The position numbers and the translations under genes were made by a program. DNA of 64,000 bases from an uncultured Phycisphaerales bacterium (GTDB lineage Bacteria > Planctomycetota > Phycisphaerae > Phycisphaerales > SM1A02). This document shows positions 49,392 through 59,004 of the stretch, piece after piece (position 1 is the first letter of the stretch; each line of letters starts with the position of its first letter). Under the pieces are notes generated by a model, which did no database searches, was not told where the DNA came from, and saw only the letters and a program-made list of their open reading frames with translations. The stretch spans positions 56,515 through 120,514 of the forward strand of contig CALKEP010000033.1 in NCBI GenBank assembly GCA_938084645.1, given 5' to 3'.

Positions 49392-52047
49392 GGACGGTTT
49401 CTCCGATGAGTTCGAGGATCTCGCGATGAGCGGAGCGCCAGTCTTCGTCGAATTCCCAGTCCCCGACGACCCCGATCCGCAATGACGGTCCGAGATCGCC
49501 GGCCCACTCGGCCCCAAGACGATCCGCCCACTCGCTCGCGGAACCGGCGGGACCGAAGACCAGGAGGCCGGGCTTGCCGACCGCTTCGATGCACAGGTCC
49601 GAAGGGCGTATGGCGCTGCACACGTCCCGTTGCATGGTGGCGAGGTCGTACGACGGGTTGGTGGGCGTGATTCGAATCGCTCCGATGTTGCTCGGCCGGT
49701 CCTCGCACTCCAGCAGCCGTTCGAAGAAACGGTCGACCACGACCCGCGGCTCCGCGGGTGGCATCGTGAAACGGAAGCAGGCTCCACCCTCGGGGCGGTT
49801 CATCACTTCGAGTCGTCCGAGATTCAACCATACGAGTTGTCGTGCGATGTTGAGCCCGAGTCCGAATCCCTTGACGCCGGGGGACATCGCGTTGGGAAGC
49901 TGCTGGAACCGCTCGAAGAGCGAATGCATGTCCGCTTCCGAGATGCCGGCGCCCTGATCGCAGATCGAGATCTCGATGTCACCCTGACTGTTGGTCACCG
50001 CCTCGATCCGGACCTCGGTGTCGGGCGGGCTGAACTTGATGGCGTTCGTGGCGAGATTCACCACCACCCGGCGGGCCTTCTCGTCGTCGACGAACACCTG
50101 TGGAAGATCATCGGCGAGCACGCAGGCGAGTCGGATCCCATTCGCCTCCGCCTTGCGTCGAAGCAGGCGGTCGATGTCCCCGAGTATGGTCGCGACGTCG
50201 TGGCGGCGACGTTCCACCCGCAGGCGGCCGGATCGGAGCTTGCTCGAGTCCAGGAAGTCCTCGACCATGGTGTTGAGGTCGACGGTCGCGATGTCGATGA
50301 TCCTCAGCCAGTCCTCCTGGGAGGAGCTGATTTCGCCGCCGAGGCCATCGAGGATGATCGACGTGTATTCCTTGATCACGGTGAGCGGAGTTCGGAACTC
50401 GTGGGAGACGTCGTCGACGAATCGATGAGCACGGTCGGTCATGTCCTCGAGCCGGTGGTTCTGCCGCTCGAGGAGCTGGTTCAGCTCGGCGAGTTCACGG
50501 GTGGTCTCCTGCAGCGCGACCTTCTCGCGTCGATCCGTGATGTCGCGAACGATCATCGACGCCCCGGAGATGGAACCGTTCTCATCGCAGACCGGCGATG
50601 CGGCGATGGAGACCTCGATCTCGCTTCCATCCTGTCGGCGGCAACGTGTCTCGAGCGGTCCACCCATCGAATCGAGCTCGCCGCGGAGCACCTTCGCGAG
50701 CGCATCCGACTGGTCGTGGTCGACCAGGATCTCCTGATAGGGGAGCCCCACGAGATCACCGGGCTGGAATCCCAGCATCGACGTGACGCCGGGGTTGGCG
50801 ATTCGAATGCGTCCGTGCGCGTCGAGGCTCAGGATCGCGTCCTCTGAGGTCTCGACGATCTTCGCCAGCGCGGCGCGGGAGATTTCAAGCAGCTTCCGCT
50901 CGTGGACGTCCTGAAGGGAACCGGCCATCCGGATGGTGTCGCCATCGTTGTTACGAACGGCTTCGCCCCGGGACTGGAACCACCGGTACCGACCGGTGGC
51001 CGTTCGGAGCCGAAGTTCGATCTCGTACGCCGCTCCATTGTCGATGTGTTCCCGCTCCGCCTCCGCCTGGGCCTCCCGGTCCTCCGGATGGATCAGTGAC
51101 TCGAGCGACGAGGGCAGCTTCTCGATGCGATCTTCCGGCTTGGCGTGTCCCAGCAGCTCGTAGAGCCGCGGTGAGAGGTAGGTGGTGCCGGTCACGAGAT
51201 TGCGATCCCAGATACCCACGACGGATGCCGTGGCGGCGAGCTCGAACCGCTCCTCCGCTCGACGGCGTTCCGTGACGTCGAGGTGGATGCCGGCCATGCG
51301 GACCGGTTCGCCCCGGTCACTCCATTCGTACACTCGTCCGGAGTCGAGGACCCAGACCACGCTTCCATCCTTGTGCTTGAGGCGATGTTCGAATCGATAG
51401 ATGTCAGTCTTTCGATCGAAGTGGTCTTGAAGATGTTGCTCTGCGTCCTTTTGGTCCTCCGGATGAAGCACCAGCTCCCAGGACCGGACATGTCCCTCGA
51501 TCTCCTCGGGCCTGTAGCCCAGGATCTCGCACCAGCGATCGTTGAAGACCACCTTTCCGGACGGGATGTGCCAGTCCCATGTCCCGAGATCCGCTCCTTC
51601 GACGGTCAAGCGAAGGCGGCGCTCCGCGGCCGCCAGTCGTTGTCTGGACTCGACCTGTTCGGTGACGTCCATCTCGACCGCGATGAATCCCTCGACGACG
51701 CCATGGGCGTCGTGGATGGGCCGGATGTCCATGTCCAACCAGTACCGACGCCCATCCTTGCCTCGATTGAGGATCTCGACCCGACACCCCTCGCCGCGAT
51801 TGAGCGACTCCCGGAGCTTCTGGACCGTCACGGGATCGGTATCTTCGGATTGAAGGAAGTCGGCGGGGCATCGCCCGATCGCCTCGTCGAAGGTGTATCC
51901 GGTGATCTTCGTGAAGCCGTCATTCACCCATCTGACCCGTCGCTGGACGTCGGTGATGATGACGGCGTTCGTCGTGCGCTCGGCGACCAGCGCCAGGTCG
52001 CGGATGCGCTGGGCGTCTTCAATGACGGATTTCGAGACATTCTTCAT
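49384..52047 (-). CDS. cytoplasmic multi-PAS sensor histidine kinase
   Basis: Four PAS/PAC repeats, H-box SHEFRTPLT, N-box NLATNAIKF, DQGAGI, GFGLGL. No TM segment. Start trimmed to ATG 52047. Confidence 0.95.
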   Translation of the reverse strand: MKNVSKSVIEDAQRIRDLALVAERTTNAVIITDVQRRVRWVNDGFTKITGYTFDEAIGRCPADFLQSEDTDPVTVQKLRESLNRGEGCRVEILNRGKDGRRYWLDMDIRPIHDAHGVVEGFIAVEMDVTEQVESRQRLAAAERRLRLTVEGADLGTWDWHIPSGKVVFNDRWCEILGYRPEEIEGHVRSWELVLHPEDQKDAEQHLQDHFDRKTDIYRFEHRLKHKDGSVVWVLDSGRVYEWSDRGEPVRMAGIHLDVTERRRAEERFELAATASVVGIWDRNLVTGTTYLSPRLYELLGHAKPEDRIEKLPSSLESLIHPEDREAQAEAEREHIDNGAAYEIELRLRTATGRYRWFQSRGEAVRNNDGDTIRMAGSLQDVHERKLLEISRAALAKIVETSEDAILSLDAHGRIRIANPGVTSMLGFQPGDLVGLPYQEILVDHDQSDALAKVLRGELDSMGGPLETRCRRQDGSEIEVSIAASPVCDENGSISGASMIVRDITDRREKVALQETTRELAELNQLLERQNHRLEDMTDRAHRFVDDVSHEFRTPLTVIKEYTSIILDGLGGEISSSQEDWLRIIDIATVDLNTMVEDFLDSSKLRSGRLRVERRRHDVATILGDIDRLLRRKAEANGIRLACVLADDLPQVFVDDEKARRVVVNLATNAIKFSPPDTEVRIEAVTNSQGDIEISICDQGAGISEADMHSLFERFQQLPNAMSPGVKGFGLGLNIARQLVWLNLGRLEVMNRPEGGACFRFTMPPAEPRVVVDRFFERLLECEDRPSNIGAIRITPTNPSYDLATMQRDVCSAIRPSDLCIEAVGKPGLLVFGPAGSASEWADRLGAEWAGDLGPSLRIGVVGDWEFDEDWRSAHREILELIGETVHA

Positions 52048-52318
52048 CGCTGCTGCTCCCTTTCCGAAGATCCCGCGGGGTACCGGAGTGCGATCGGATC
52101 GTCGAGCGATCTTCTTGCGGACGGGCGGGTGATCTCGACGGGAATGGGGTATTCGCCTCAGTCCCGGAAGTGTCACGGCACCATCAGATGTCGCAGATCC
52201 GGCAGGTCCCCGGAAAGTGGGTGAACGTTCGCGGAAGACGTCGGATCCCCATGGTCCGGAACCGATGTTCATGAAGCACGATCCGATCGTCACTGGATCC
52301 GGCCATGGAGGACGAACG

Positions 52319-52717
52319 ATGAAGAGAACGCCGTTGGGAAAGTGCGTGCTGCTCGTGGACAACGACGAGTTCCTCGTCGATGTGCTCCGCCGGAGAATCG
52401 AGGCATCCGGATACGGTTGCATGACCGCGACGACGGGGGCGATGGCGCTTGCGATCTTCGATCAGCGCCGACCGGACATGGTGGTCACCGACATCGTGAT
52501 GCCCATGGGTGACGGAATGGATCTCGTGGAACGCATTCGATCGCGTTCGGACACGCCGATCCTCGTGATGACCGGATATCGGCTGGAGCACCGCAATCGA
52601 CTGCGCTCGCACCGGGATGTCGCGGTCTTCGAGAAACCGTTCGATGGGAACGAGTTGATCGACCGGATCGACTCGGCACTGGTGCTTCGCGAGACACGTG
52701 GCGACGTCGCGGCGTGA
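52319..52717 (+). CDS. single-domain response regulator
   Basis: VLLVDND, PDMVVTDIVMPMGDG, ILVMTG, FEKPF. GGAGG before ATG 52319. Confidence 0.9.
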   Translation: MKRTPLGKCVLLVDNDEFLVDVLRRRIEASGYGCMTATTGAMALAIFDQRRPDMVVTDIVMPMGDGMDLVERIRSRSDTPILVMTGYRLEHRNRLRSHRDVAVFEKPFDGNELIDRIDSALVLRETRGDVAA

Positions 52718-52742
52718 TGGGCTTTCAAAGGGAGGATTCGAC

Positions 52743-53144
52743 ATGAGACCGAAGCGAGTCTTGATCGCGGACGACGACCCGGCGTTGCTCTCCGCCATGC
52801 GCACCCGGCTCGAAGCCGAGGGCTTCGAGGTGATCGTGGCCCTGGACGGTTACCAGGCCCTGGCCGTCGCCCGGGCTGAAACGCCGGATGTGATGGTGCT
52901 CGACGTGAACATGCCCGCGGGGAGCGGATTCAGCGTTCAGGATCGGATCCGGGCCATCGACGAACTCTCGGACACGCCCGTCATCTTCATCACCGGAGAG
53001 ACGCCTGACCAGATTCGTCGCGATGCCATCGAACACGGGGTTTCCAGCATTCTGCACAAGCCGTTCGACGGACGTGAGCTGACGGAGCGGGTTCGCGCTG
53101 CGGCGGGAATCTGGATCTCCCGCCGGCCGTGCCCGACCGGGTAG
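52743..53144 (+). CDS. single-domain response regulator
   Basis: VLIADDD, PDVMVLDVNMPAGSG, VIFITG, LHKPF. GGAGG Shine-Dalgarno. Confidence 0.92.
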   Translation: MRPKRVLIADDDPALLSAMRTRLEAEGFEVIVALDGYQALAVARAETPDVMVLDVNMPAGSGFSVQDRIRAIDELSDTPVIFITGETPDQIRRDAIEHGVSSILHKPFDGRELTERVRAAAGIWISRRPCPTG

Positions 53145-53179
53145 TCCGACCTTGAGGGAGGCGGCTTCGAGTGAATCGA

Positions 53180-54145
53180 TCAGCCGTCGCTCGGTGACGT
53201 CAGTCGCCGCCGAAGCGAGGCCACCTTGCGTTTCGCGGTACGGAACGGAGTGACCGCGTATCGATGCCAGTGTCGATACCAGTCGCGATTGAATCTGCGA
53301 TTGCGTTCGACCTCCGCCTGGAAGGCCGGCCCGAGTTCCGCGATTCGGGCATCGAATCTTCGGGTGGCGTGATCGTACAGTTCGATGTCGAGGACGTTTC
53401 TCGCCGCGATCAGGGCGAGCAACTCCGGCGAGGTCTGGTTGCCGCGGTCCTTCTTCGGTGCCACGTTCCAAGGCATGTAGCCGCGTCGCGGCCATTCGAG
53501 CTCGGTGCGAAAGAGCTGGAACGACTCGTCGAAGCGCTCGGTGAATCCGATCGCGGTGAACTCCTCGTCGACGTTTCGAATCGCCAGATCCAGGTGCGAT
53601 CGATCCGTGGGCCCCGCATCGGGCTGGACGCCGGCGAGCCGTCTGACCTGACCGTTGTCGAGTTCGGGCAGGGAACGTGCGTCGAGGATCTCCTCGAGTG
53701 TCGCGCTGCTGGCGATCCGGTGGTAACCGTTGTTCGGATCCCGGCGCATGTTCGCGTAAGCGGAGAGCACTCGTTTGACGGGATCACGCAGCATGGTGAT
53801 CACGCGGGTGTCGGCGGGAAGATGATGACGGAAGCGGATGCTGCAATGTCCGCTGGAGTAGCGCAGCGAGCCTGGATTGCGCCTTCGAACGGCGGCGATC
53901 GCGGCAGGGTGATCGTCCGGGGCGTTCCAGTCGAGCGGGATGTGGAAGACCCCGGGACCCTTGATTCCCGGCATGGGTCCATGAATCGACGCCGCGATCG
54001 AGAACATCGCCGTCCCCGCGGTCTTGGGGATGTGCACGAACAGCACGGGGGAGGCCGCGGCTCGGGGGGCGGGTCTTGAATTCGCGTCGCGGGACATCGG
54101 CACGTTCGAGGAATGGAGGGGTCGCTGGCGCTTCGATGAGGCCAT
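53180..54145 (-). CDS. sulfotransferase family protein (Sulfotransfer_2-like)
   Basis: FVHIPKTAGT (5'-PSB), MLRDPVKRVLSAY (3'-PB), GFTERFDES, NVLDIELY. ATG 54145 lies 6 nt after TATCGT. Confidence 0.88.
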   Translation of the reverse strand: MASSKRQRPLHSSNVPMSRDANSRPAPRAAASPVLFVHIPKTAGTAMFSIAASIHGPMPGIKGPGVFHIPLDWNAPDDHPAAIAAVRRRNPGSLRYSSGHCSIRFRHHLPADTRVITMLRDPVKRVLSAYANMRRDPNNGYHRIASSATLEEILDARSLPELDNGQVRRLAGVQPDAGPTDRSHLDLAIRNVDEEFTAIGFTERFDESFQLFRTELEWPRRGYMPWNVAPKKDRGNQTSPELLALIAARNVLDIELYDHATRRFDARIAELGPAFQAEVERNRRFNRDWYRHWHRYAVTPFRTAKRKVASLRRRLTSPSDG

Positions 54146-54205
54146 CGCCCCACGATAGAGACATGGATGGTCGTTTCCCACGGGATACCGCAGGAGTGGC
54201 AAGAG

Positions 54206-54232
54206 AAAACCCCTCCCGCGAGGGGAGGGGTT
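54206..54232 (-). terminator. intrinsic terminator downstream of tRNA-Glu
   Basis: Minus strand aacccctccc-ctcgc-gggaggggtt-ttctc immediately 3' of the tRNA. Confidence 0.75.
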
Positions 54233-54236
54233 CGAA

Positions 54237-54308
54237 TGACCCCAGGGAGAATCGAACTCCCGTTCCCAGGATGAGAACCTGATGTCCTAGCCGCTAGACG
54301 ATGGGGCC
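54237..54308 (-). tRNA. tRNA-Glu (anticodon CTC)
   Basis: Reverse complement ggccccatcgtctagcggctaggacatcaggttCTCatcctgggaacgggagttcgattctccctggggtca folds as a cloverleaf with a TTCGA T-loop. CCA is not encoded. Confidence 0.95.
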
Positions 54309-54334
54309 GTCCTTCGCTTGCAGGCGAACGCGAA

Positions 54335-54362
54335 AGTGTAGCATCCGACGTCCGCTCGTCAA
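54335..54362 (-). promoter_or_regulatory. sigma70-type promoter for tRNA-Glu
   Basis: TTGACG-N16-TACACT on the minus strand, ending 26 nt upstream of the tRNA. Confidence 0.65.
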
Positions 54363-54585
54363 CGCGAGTGTCTCGGAAGGGGCCGATTCGGGGTTCCATC
54401 CGCCGTTCGCCGCATCCGATCGATGAGGAGCCGCTCAGGAACATGACCATTTCGAGTCCCGATTCGAAGCGTTTCACGCACGCGGCCCGGACGCGTGACC
54501 ACCCGATGCCGGGATCACGGATGAGCCCGGGCCGTTCCAGCCGGGCCTGCGTCGAGCAGAACGCCCCTTCGAAGGATCCCATTCG

Positions 54586-54981
54586 ATGAGTTTCGGTCCT
54601 GACCACACGCCCTTCGATGCGATCGGCGGCGAACCCCGGGTTCGCGAGCTCGTCGATCGTTTCTACGACCACATGGACGAGGATCCCGCTTGCGAGACGA
54701 TTCGAAAGCTGCATCCGGCGGAACTCGGCGAGAGTCGCGACAAACTCTCCGATTTCCTGTGCGGATGGCTCGGCGGACCACCGCTCTACATGCAGAAGCA
54801 CGGCCATCCGCGGCTTCGGATGCGGCATGCGCCCTTCTCGATCGGAGACGCCGAGCGTGATCAATGGCTCGCCTGCATGGCGGCCGCGATGAACGATCTG
54901 AACGTCGAGGGCGAGTTGCGGACGTTCCTCGATGCGCGGTTCGCACACGTCGCCGACTTCATGCGGAATCGACCCGAGTAG
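54586..54981 (+). CDS. group II truncated hemoglobin
   Basis: IGGEPRVRELVDRFYDHM, FLCGWLGGPPLY, GHPRLRMRHAPF, ERDQWLACM, ADFMRN. Confidence 0.93.
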   Translation: MSFGPDHTPFDAIGGEPRVRELVDRFYDHMDEDPACETIRKLHPAELGESRDKLSDFLCGWLGGPPLYMQKHGHPRLRMRHAPFSIGDAERDQWLACMAAAMNDLNVEGELRTFLDARFAHVADFMRNRPE

Positions 54982-55078
54982 GCGAATCCCGGTTGCTTCT
55001 TGACGATCGATGGACGACCTGCGAGCCTGAACCACACCGAACCGCCGGTTCGTCGAATTCAGGCCCGGAGAATCGCCC

Positions 55079-55876
55079 ATGCCATCCAGTCGATCACGTC
55101 TCCTTCTTGCATCGCTCGGTATCGCCGGGTTCGCCGGCGCACTTGCGTTCACGGACGCCCGATCCGGGGAAGCACCCGACGATTGGAAGGTCCACGACAT
55201 GGACCGGCCGCAGCCGGCGATGGTGACGCCCGGTGTTCCGGGAACCGCGACCACCGTCGGAACCGCACCCAGCGACGCCATCGTCCTGCTCGGCAAGGGC
55301 TCGGGCCTCGGCGCGTGGAAGAACGGCAAGTGGAAGGTGGGCGACGACGGTGTCATGACGGTCGTTCCCGGATCCGGCGACAACCACACCCGCCAGTCCT
55401 TCGGGGACTGCCAGTTCCACATCGAATGGAAGGTCCCGGCGGACCGCGAATGCGACGGCCAGAAGGGCTGCAACAGCGGCATCTTCTTCCTCGATCGATA
55501 CGAGGTGCAGATCGTCGGTTCGAATCCGAACCAGACTTTCCCGGACGGCCAGGCGGGCTCGCTCTTCGGGCAGTATCCGCCGATGGTCAATCCCTGCCGG
55601 CCCAACGGCGAGTGGAACACCTTCGACATCGTCTTCACCGCGCCGCGCTTCGACGAAGACGGCAAGCTGGTCCGTCCCGCGAACACCACGCTCCTCTTCA
55701 ACGGCGTGCTGGTGCTCGATCACGCGGAGAACATGGGGATCACCGTGTTCGGATCACGGGCGAAGTATTCGCCCCACGCCCCGACCGGACCGATTCGAAT
55801 CCAGGATCACGGCGATCCCCTGGAGTTCGCGAACATCTGGGTCCGGCCGCTGCCGGAGCGTCGTCTCGCCTGGTGA
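55079..55876 (+). CDS. DUF1080 (3-keto-disaccharide hydrolase-like) secreted protein
   Basis: Signal peptide, APSDAIVL, FGDCQFHIEW, NSGIF, YEVQI, GEWNTFDIVF, IQDHG..FANIWVR. Confidence 0.9.
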   Translation: MPSSRSRLLLASLGIAGFAGALAFTDARSGEAPDDWKVHDMDRPQPAMVTPGVPGTATTVGTAPSDAIVLLGKGSGLGAWKNGKWKVGDDGVMTVVPGSGDNHTRQSFGDCQFHIEWKVPADRECDGQKGCNSGIFFLDRYEVQIVGSNPNQTFPDGQAGSLFGQYPPMVNPCRPNGEWNTFDIVFTAPRFDEDGKLVRPANTTLLFNGVLVLDHAENMGITVFGSRAKYSPHAPTGPIRIQDHGDPLEFANIWVRPLPERRLAW

Positions 55877-55956
55877 ACCCGTCCCGGGCGAATCGCATCG
55901 CGCCGGCCCCGCATCCGATTTTTCTGGACCGCAGTTCATACGGAGTTGAATTCAAG

Positions 55957-56697
55957 ATGCCTCATCTCAAGCAGATTCTCGCTGGATCGATCGTGGTCGG
56001 AACCCTCTCGAGCGTGGCGCTGGTGACGGCGGGGCAGGAGGAACTGCCGCCCGTCGTGACGCCCGGGCTCCCCGGACTCCCGGATCGACCGGGTACCGCG
56101 CCCAGTGACGCGGTCGTCCTGCTCGGTCCCGGCACCGGCTGGAAGGCGTGGCAGCGAAGCGCCGACACCGAACCGGCGGAGTGGAGCGTCGATGGGGATG
56201 GGATCGGTCAGGTGAAGCCCGGGAAGGGGAACATCCGGACCCGCGCCGAATTCGGCGATTGCCACATCCACGTCGAGTGGCAGGTCCCCGAGGGGCGTGA
56301 ATGCAACGGGCAGTCCGGCTGCAACAGCGGTGTCTACGTCATGGGCCGCTACGAGGTCCAGATCCTCGGCGCCTTCGACAACGACACCTATCCGGGAGGG
56401 ACGGCCGGCGCCTGGTACAACCAGCACGTACCGCTCGCGAATCCCTGCCGCCCGCCGGGTGAGTGGAACACCTACGACATCATCTTCAGGGCGCCCCGGT
56501 TCGACGAGAACGGCAAGCAGCTCGAGCCACCGATGGGAACCGTGATCTTCAACGGCGTGGTGGTCCAGAACAACGCGATCATCAAGGGGCCGACCGGATC
56601 CTCGATGCTCAAGGGGCCGTCCTCGAAGGGCCCGCTCTACCTTCAGGATCACTCGGACCCGATCCGCTTCGCGAACATCTGGGTCCGACCGCTCTAG
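55957..56697 (+). CDS. DUF1080 (3-keto-disaccharide hydrolase-like) secreted protein, tandem paralog
   Basis: APSDAVVL, FGDCHIHVEW, NSGVY, YEVQI, GEWNTYDIIF, LQDH..FANIWVRPL. Start trimmed to ATG 55957. Confidence 0.9.
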   Translation: MPHLKQILAGSIVVGTLSSVALVTAGQEELPPVVTPGLPGLPDRPGTAPSDAVVLLGPGTGWKAWQRSADTEPAEWSVDGDGIGQVKPGKGNIRTRAEFGDCHIHVEWQVPEGRECNGQSGCNSGVYVMGRYEVQILGAFDNDTYPGGTAGAWYNQHVPLANPCRPPGEWNTYDIIFRAPRFDENGKQLEPPMGTVIFNGVVVQNNAIIKGPTGSSMLKGPSSKGPLYLQDHSDPIRFANIWVRPL

Positions 56698-56705
56698 ACG
56701 GCGGT

Positions 56706-56738
56706 TCGTCGGATCCTCGTCGGATCCTCATCGGATCA
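56706..56738. repeat. 11-bp tandem repeat, three copies
   Basis: tcgtcggatcc tcgtcggatcc tcatcggatca in the gap between convergent genes. Confidence 0.7.
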
Positions 56739-56821
56739 AGGAGAAGTCCGATCGCTCCTCGCACCCAGTGCGGGGAGCGATCTTCTTCCGCCGGCACTCG
56801 AACGGCAGGGTCCCCGTCCGG

Positions 56822-58939
56822 TCAGCCCCGATTGGCCGGCAGGTAGGCCTGCGTGACGTAGTCCGCCACCATGCGATGGGTGCTGAAGGGCCCCGGGATG
56901 GTGGCCGCGCTGCGCAGCGCTCGCTTCATCCACCGCTTCGGGACGCCGTTCCGGCCTCGATCGAAGAACTCGGGGATCAGCTGGTGCTCGAGCACCTCGT
57001 ACATCGCGCTCGCATCCGCGGCATCGCGGGCCGCGATGCCGGATCGCTTCGGCTCGCCCACGATCTCGAATCCGTTGCGGCCGTCGAAGCCCTCGGGCCA
57101 CCAGCCGTCGAGGATCGAGCAGTTCACGCCGAGGTGCATCGGCGGCTTCATCCCGCTGGTCCCGCTCGCCTCGTGTGGACGGATGGGGTTGTTCAGCCAG
57201 ACGTCGCACCCGGAGGTGAGTTCGCGACCGATCCGCATGTCGTACTCCTCGAGGATCGCGATCCGGCCGCGGAACTCCGGGCGACGACTCATGCGGTAGA
57301 CCATCCTCGCGAATTCCTGGCCTTCACCGTCGCGGGGGTGGGCCTTGCCGGCGAACACGATCTGGACCGGACGATCGGGGTCGTTCAGCATCGCGGCGAG
57401 CCGGGCGCGATCCCGGAAGATCAGCGGGGCCCGCTTGTAGGTCGCGAAGCGTCGGGCGAAGCCGATGGTCAACGCGTCCTCGCGAAGACCGGCACCGGCC
57501 ATGAGTCGCTCGCCCGGATCGTCGCCGCGCTGCACGGACTGCCGGACGAGCCGATCACGCATGAATCCGACCAGCCGGGATCGGAGGTCGTTTCGGAGCT
57601 CCCACGCGGCGGCGGGGTCGACGTCGGACGCCTTCGACCACGCGGTCTCATCGGGCTTCGCGACCTCGGGCTTCAGGCGGATGTGCTTCCGCCAGAACGC
57701 GGCGGCGGCGGGGTCGAGCCAGGTGCCGGGGTGCACGCCGTTGGTGATCGAACCGATGGGAACGTCCTTCGGCGTCTTCGCCTCCGGGTAGACCGCCTGC
57801 CACATGTCCCGGCTCACCTCGCCGTGGAGTCTTGCGACGCCGTTGACGTGCTCGGCGAGTCGGAGCGCGAGGATCGTCATGCACAGCGGTTCCGATCGGT
57901 CACCGGGCGTTTCTCGACCGAGATCGGCGAAGGAGCGGCTGGTGAGTCCTGCACGTCGGAGGACGCCGCTCATGGCCGTCGCGGCATCACGTGCGGGATA
58001 ACGGTCGTGTCCCGCCGGCACCGGGGTGTGGGTGGTGAACACCGTCGATGCGCGGACCCGGGCGATGGCGTCGGACTGGTCCGCCCCGTCTTCGACGAGC
58101 CGGGCGATCCGTTCGACCGCGGCGAAGGCGGCGTGGCCTTCGTTGAGATGGTGGACGGTCGGTCGTTCGTCCATCGCCTCGAGCGCCATCGCACCGCCCA
58201 CGCCGAGGAGCACCTGCTGCCGCATCCGCAGATCCGGCTCGCCCTTGTAGAGACCTTCGGTGAGCCGGCGATCCGCCGGTCGGTTCTCGGGCAGATCGGC
58301 GTCGAGCAGAAGAAGCGAGGTGTTCCCCAACGCGAGTCGCATGATCCGTGCGGTGACGCTTCGGCGACCGAGGGGACAGTCGACGGAGAGTCCGGTCTCC
58401 TCGAGCGGATATCGATCGAAGTCGTACGTCGGGTAGAGAACCCGCTGGCTTCCATCGGCTTCGAACTGCTGCCGGTAGTAGCCATGGCGATAGAGAAGGC
58501 CGACCCCCACGAGCGGGACGCCGAGGTCCTCGGCGCTCTTCACATGGTCACCCGCGAGCACGCCGAGACCACCGGAGTACTGCTGCATCGACTCGTGGAT
58601 CGCGAACTCGGAGCAGTAGTACGCGACCTTCAGCCGACGATCACGGCCGCGGTGATTCGTCTTGAACCAGCGCGGGGCGCGACGCGCAGCCGTGAGCGTC
58701 CTCTCCGCGGTGTCGAGTGTCTCGAGAAAGCGGGGGTCGGCCGCGGCGGCCGCGATCCGTGCCTTCGAGGTCGACAGCACCGTCTCGATCGGAGCGTGAT
58801 TCGTCGCTTCCCAGGCGATGGGGTCGAGCATCGCGAAGGGCCGCTGGGCCGGTTCGTGCCACGACCACGCGAGGTCCTCCGCGATTCGAAGCAGGCGGGT
58901 CAGCAGGTCGTCGATCGAGGGTGTTGACGGGCGTGGCAT
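56822..58939 (-). CDS. glgP: alpha-glucan (glycogen) phosphorylase
   Basis: YSGGLGVLAGDH, HLNEGHAAF, FTTHTPVPAGHD, GFARRFATYKR, EASGTSGMK (PLP lysine). Confidence 0.96.
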   Translation of the reverse strand: MPRPSTPSIDDLLTRLLRIAEDLAWSWHEPAQRPFAMLDPIAWEATNHAPIETVLSTSKARIAAAAADPRFLETLDTAERTLTAARRAPRWFKTNHRGRDRRLKVAYYCSEFAIHESMQQYSGGLGVLAGDHVKSAEDLGVPLVGVGLLYRHGYYRQQFEADGSQRVLYPTYDFDRYPLEETGLSVDCPLGRRSVTARIMRLALGNTSLLLLDADLPENRPADRRLTEGLYKGEPDLRMRQQVLLGVGGAMALEAMDERPTVHHLNEGHAAFAAVERIARLVEDGADQSDAIARVRASTVFTTHTPVPAGHDRYPARDAATAMSGVLRRAGLTSRSFADLGRETPGDRSEPLCMTILALRLAEHVNGVARLHGEVSRDMWQAVYPEAKTPKDVPIGSITNGVHPGTWLDPAAAAFWRKHIRLKPEVAKPDETAWSKASDVDPAAAWELRNDLRSRLVGFMRDRLVRQSVQRGDDPGERLMAGAGLREDALTIGFARRFATYKRAPLIFRDRARLAAMLNDPDRPVQIVFAGKAHPRDGEGQEFARMVYRMSRRPEFRGRIAILEEYDMRIGRELTSGCDVWLNNPIRPHEASGTSGMKPPMHLGVNCSILDGWWPEGFDGRNGFEIVGEPKRSGIAARDAADASAMYEVLEHQLIPEFFDRGRNGVPKRWMKRALRSAATIPGPFSTHRMVADYVTQAYLPANRG

Positions 58940-59004
58940 GGGTTGGTCTCGGGCGAAGCTGGGCGTTGGAGGAAGGGTGGTGGGTATCGCGGGAGAGGAG
59001 CGGT

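Noticed and set aside
51660..51980. First PAS domain of the kinase as a LOV blue-light sensor
   Set aside because: It reads GRCPADFLQ rather than GRNCRFLQ and has Glu where LOV domains have the conserved terminal Gln (FIAVEMDVT). Not a canonical LOV.
44680..54308. Genomic island integrated at tRNA-Glu
   Set aside because: I found no integrase and no duplicate of the tRNA 3' end, and the tRNA is followed directly by its own terminator.
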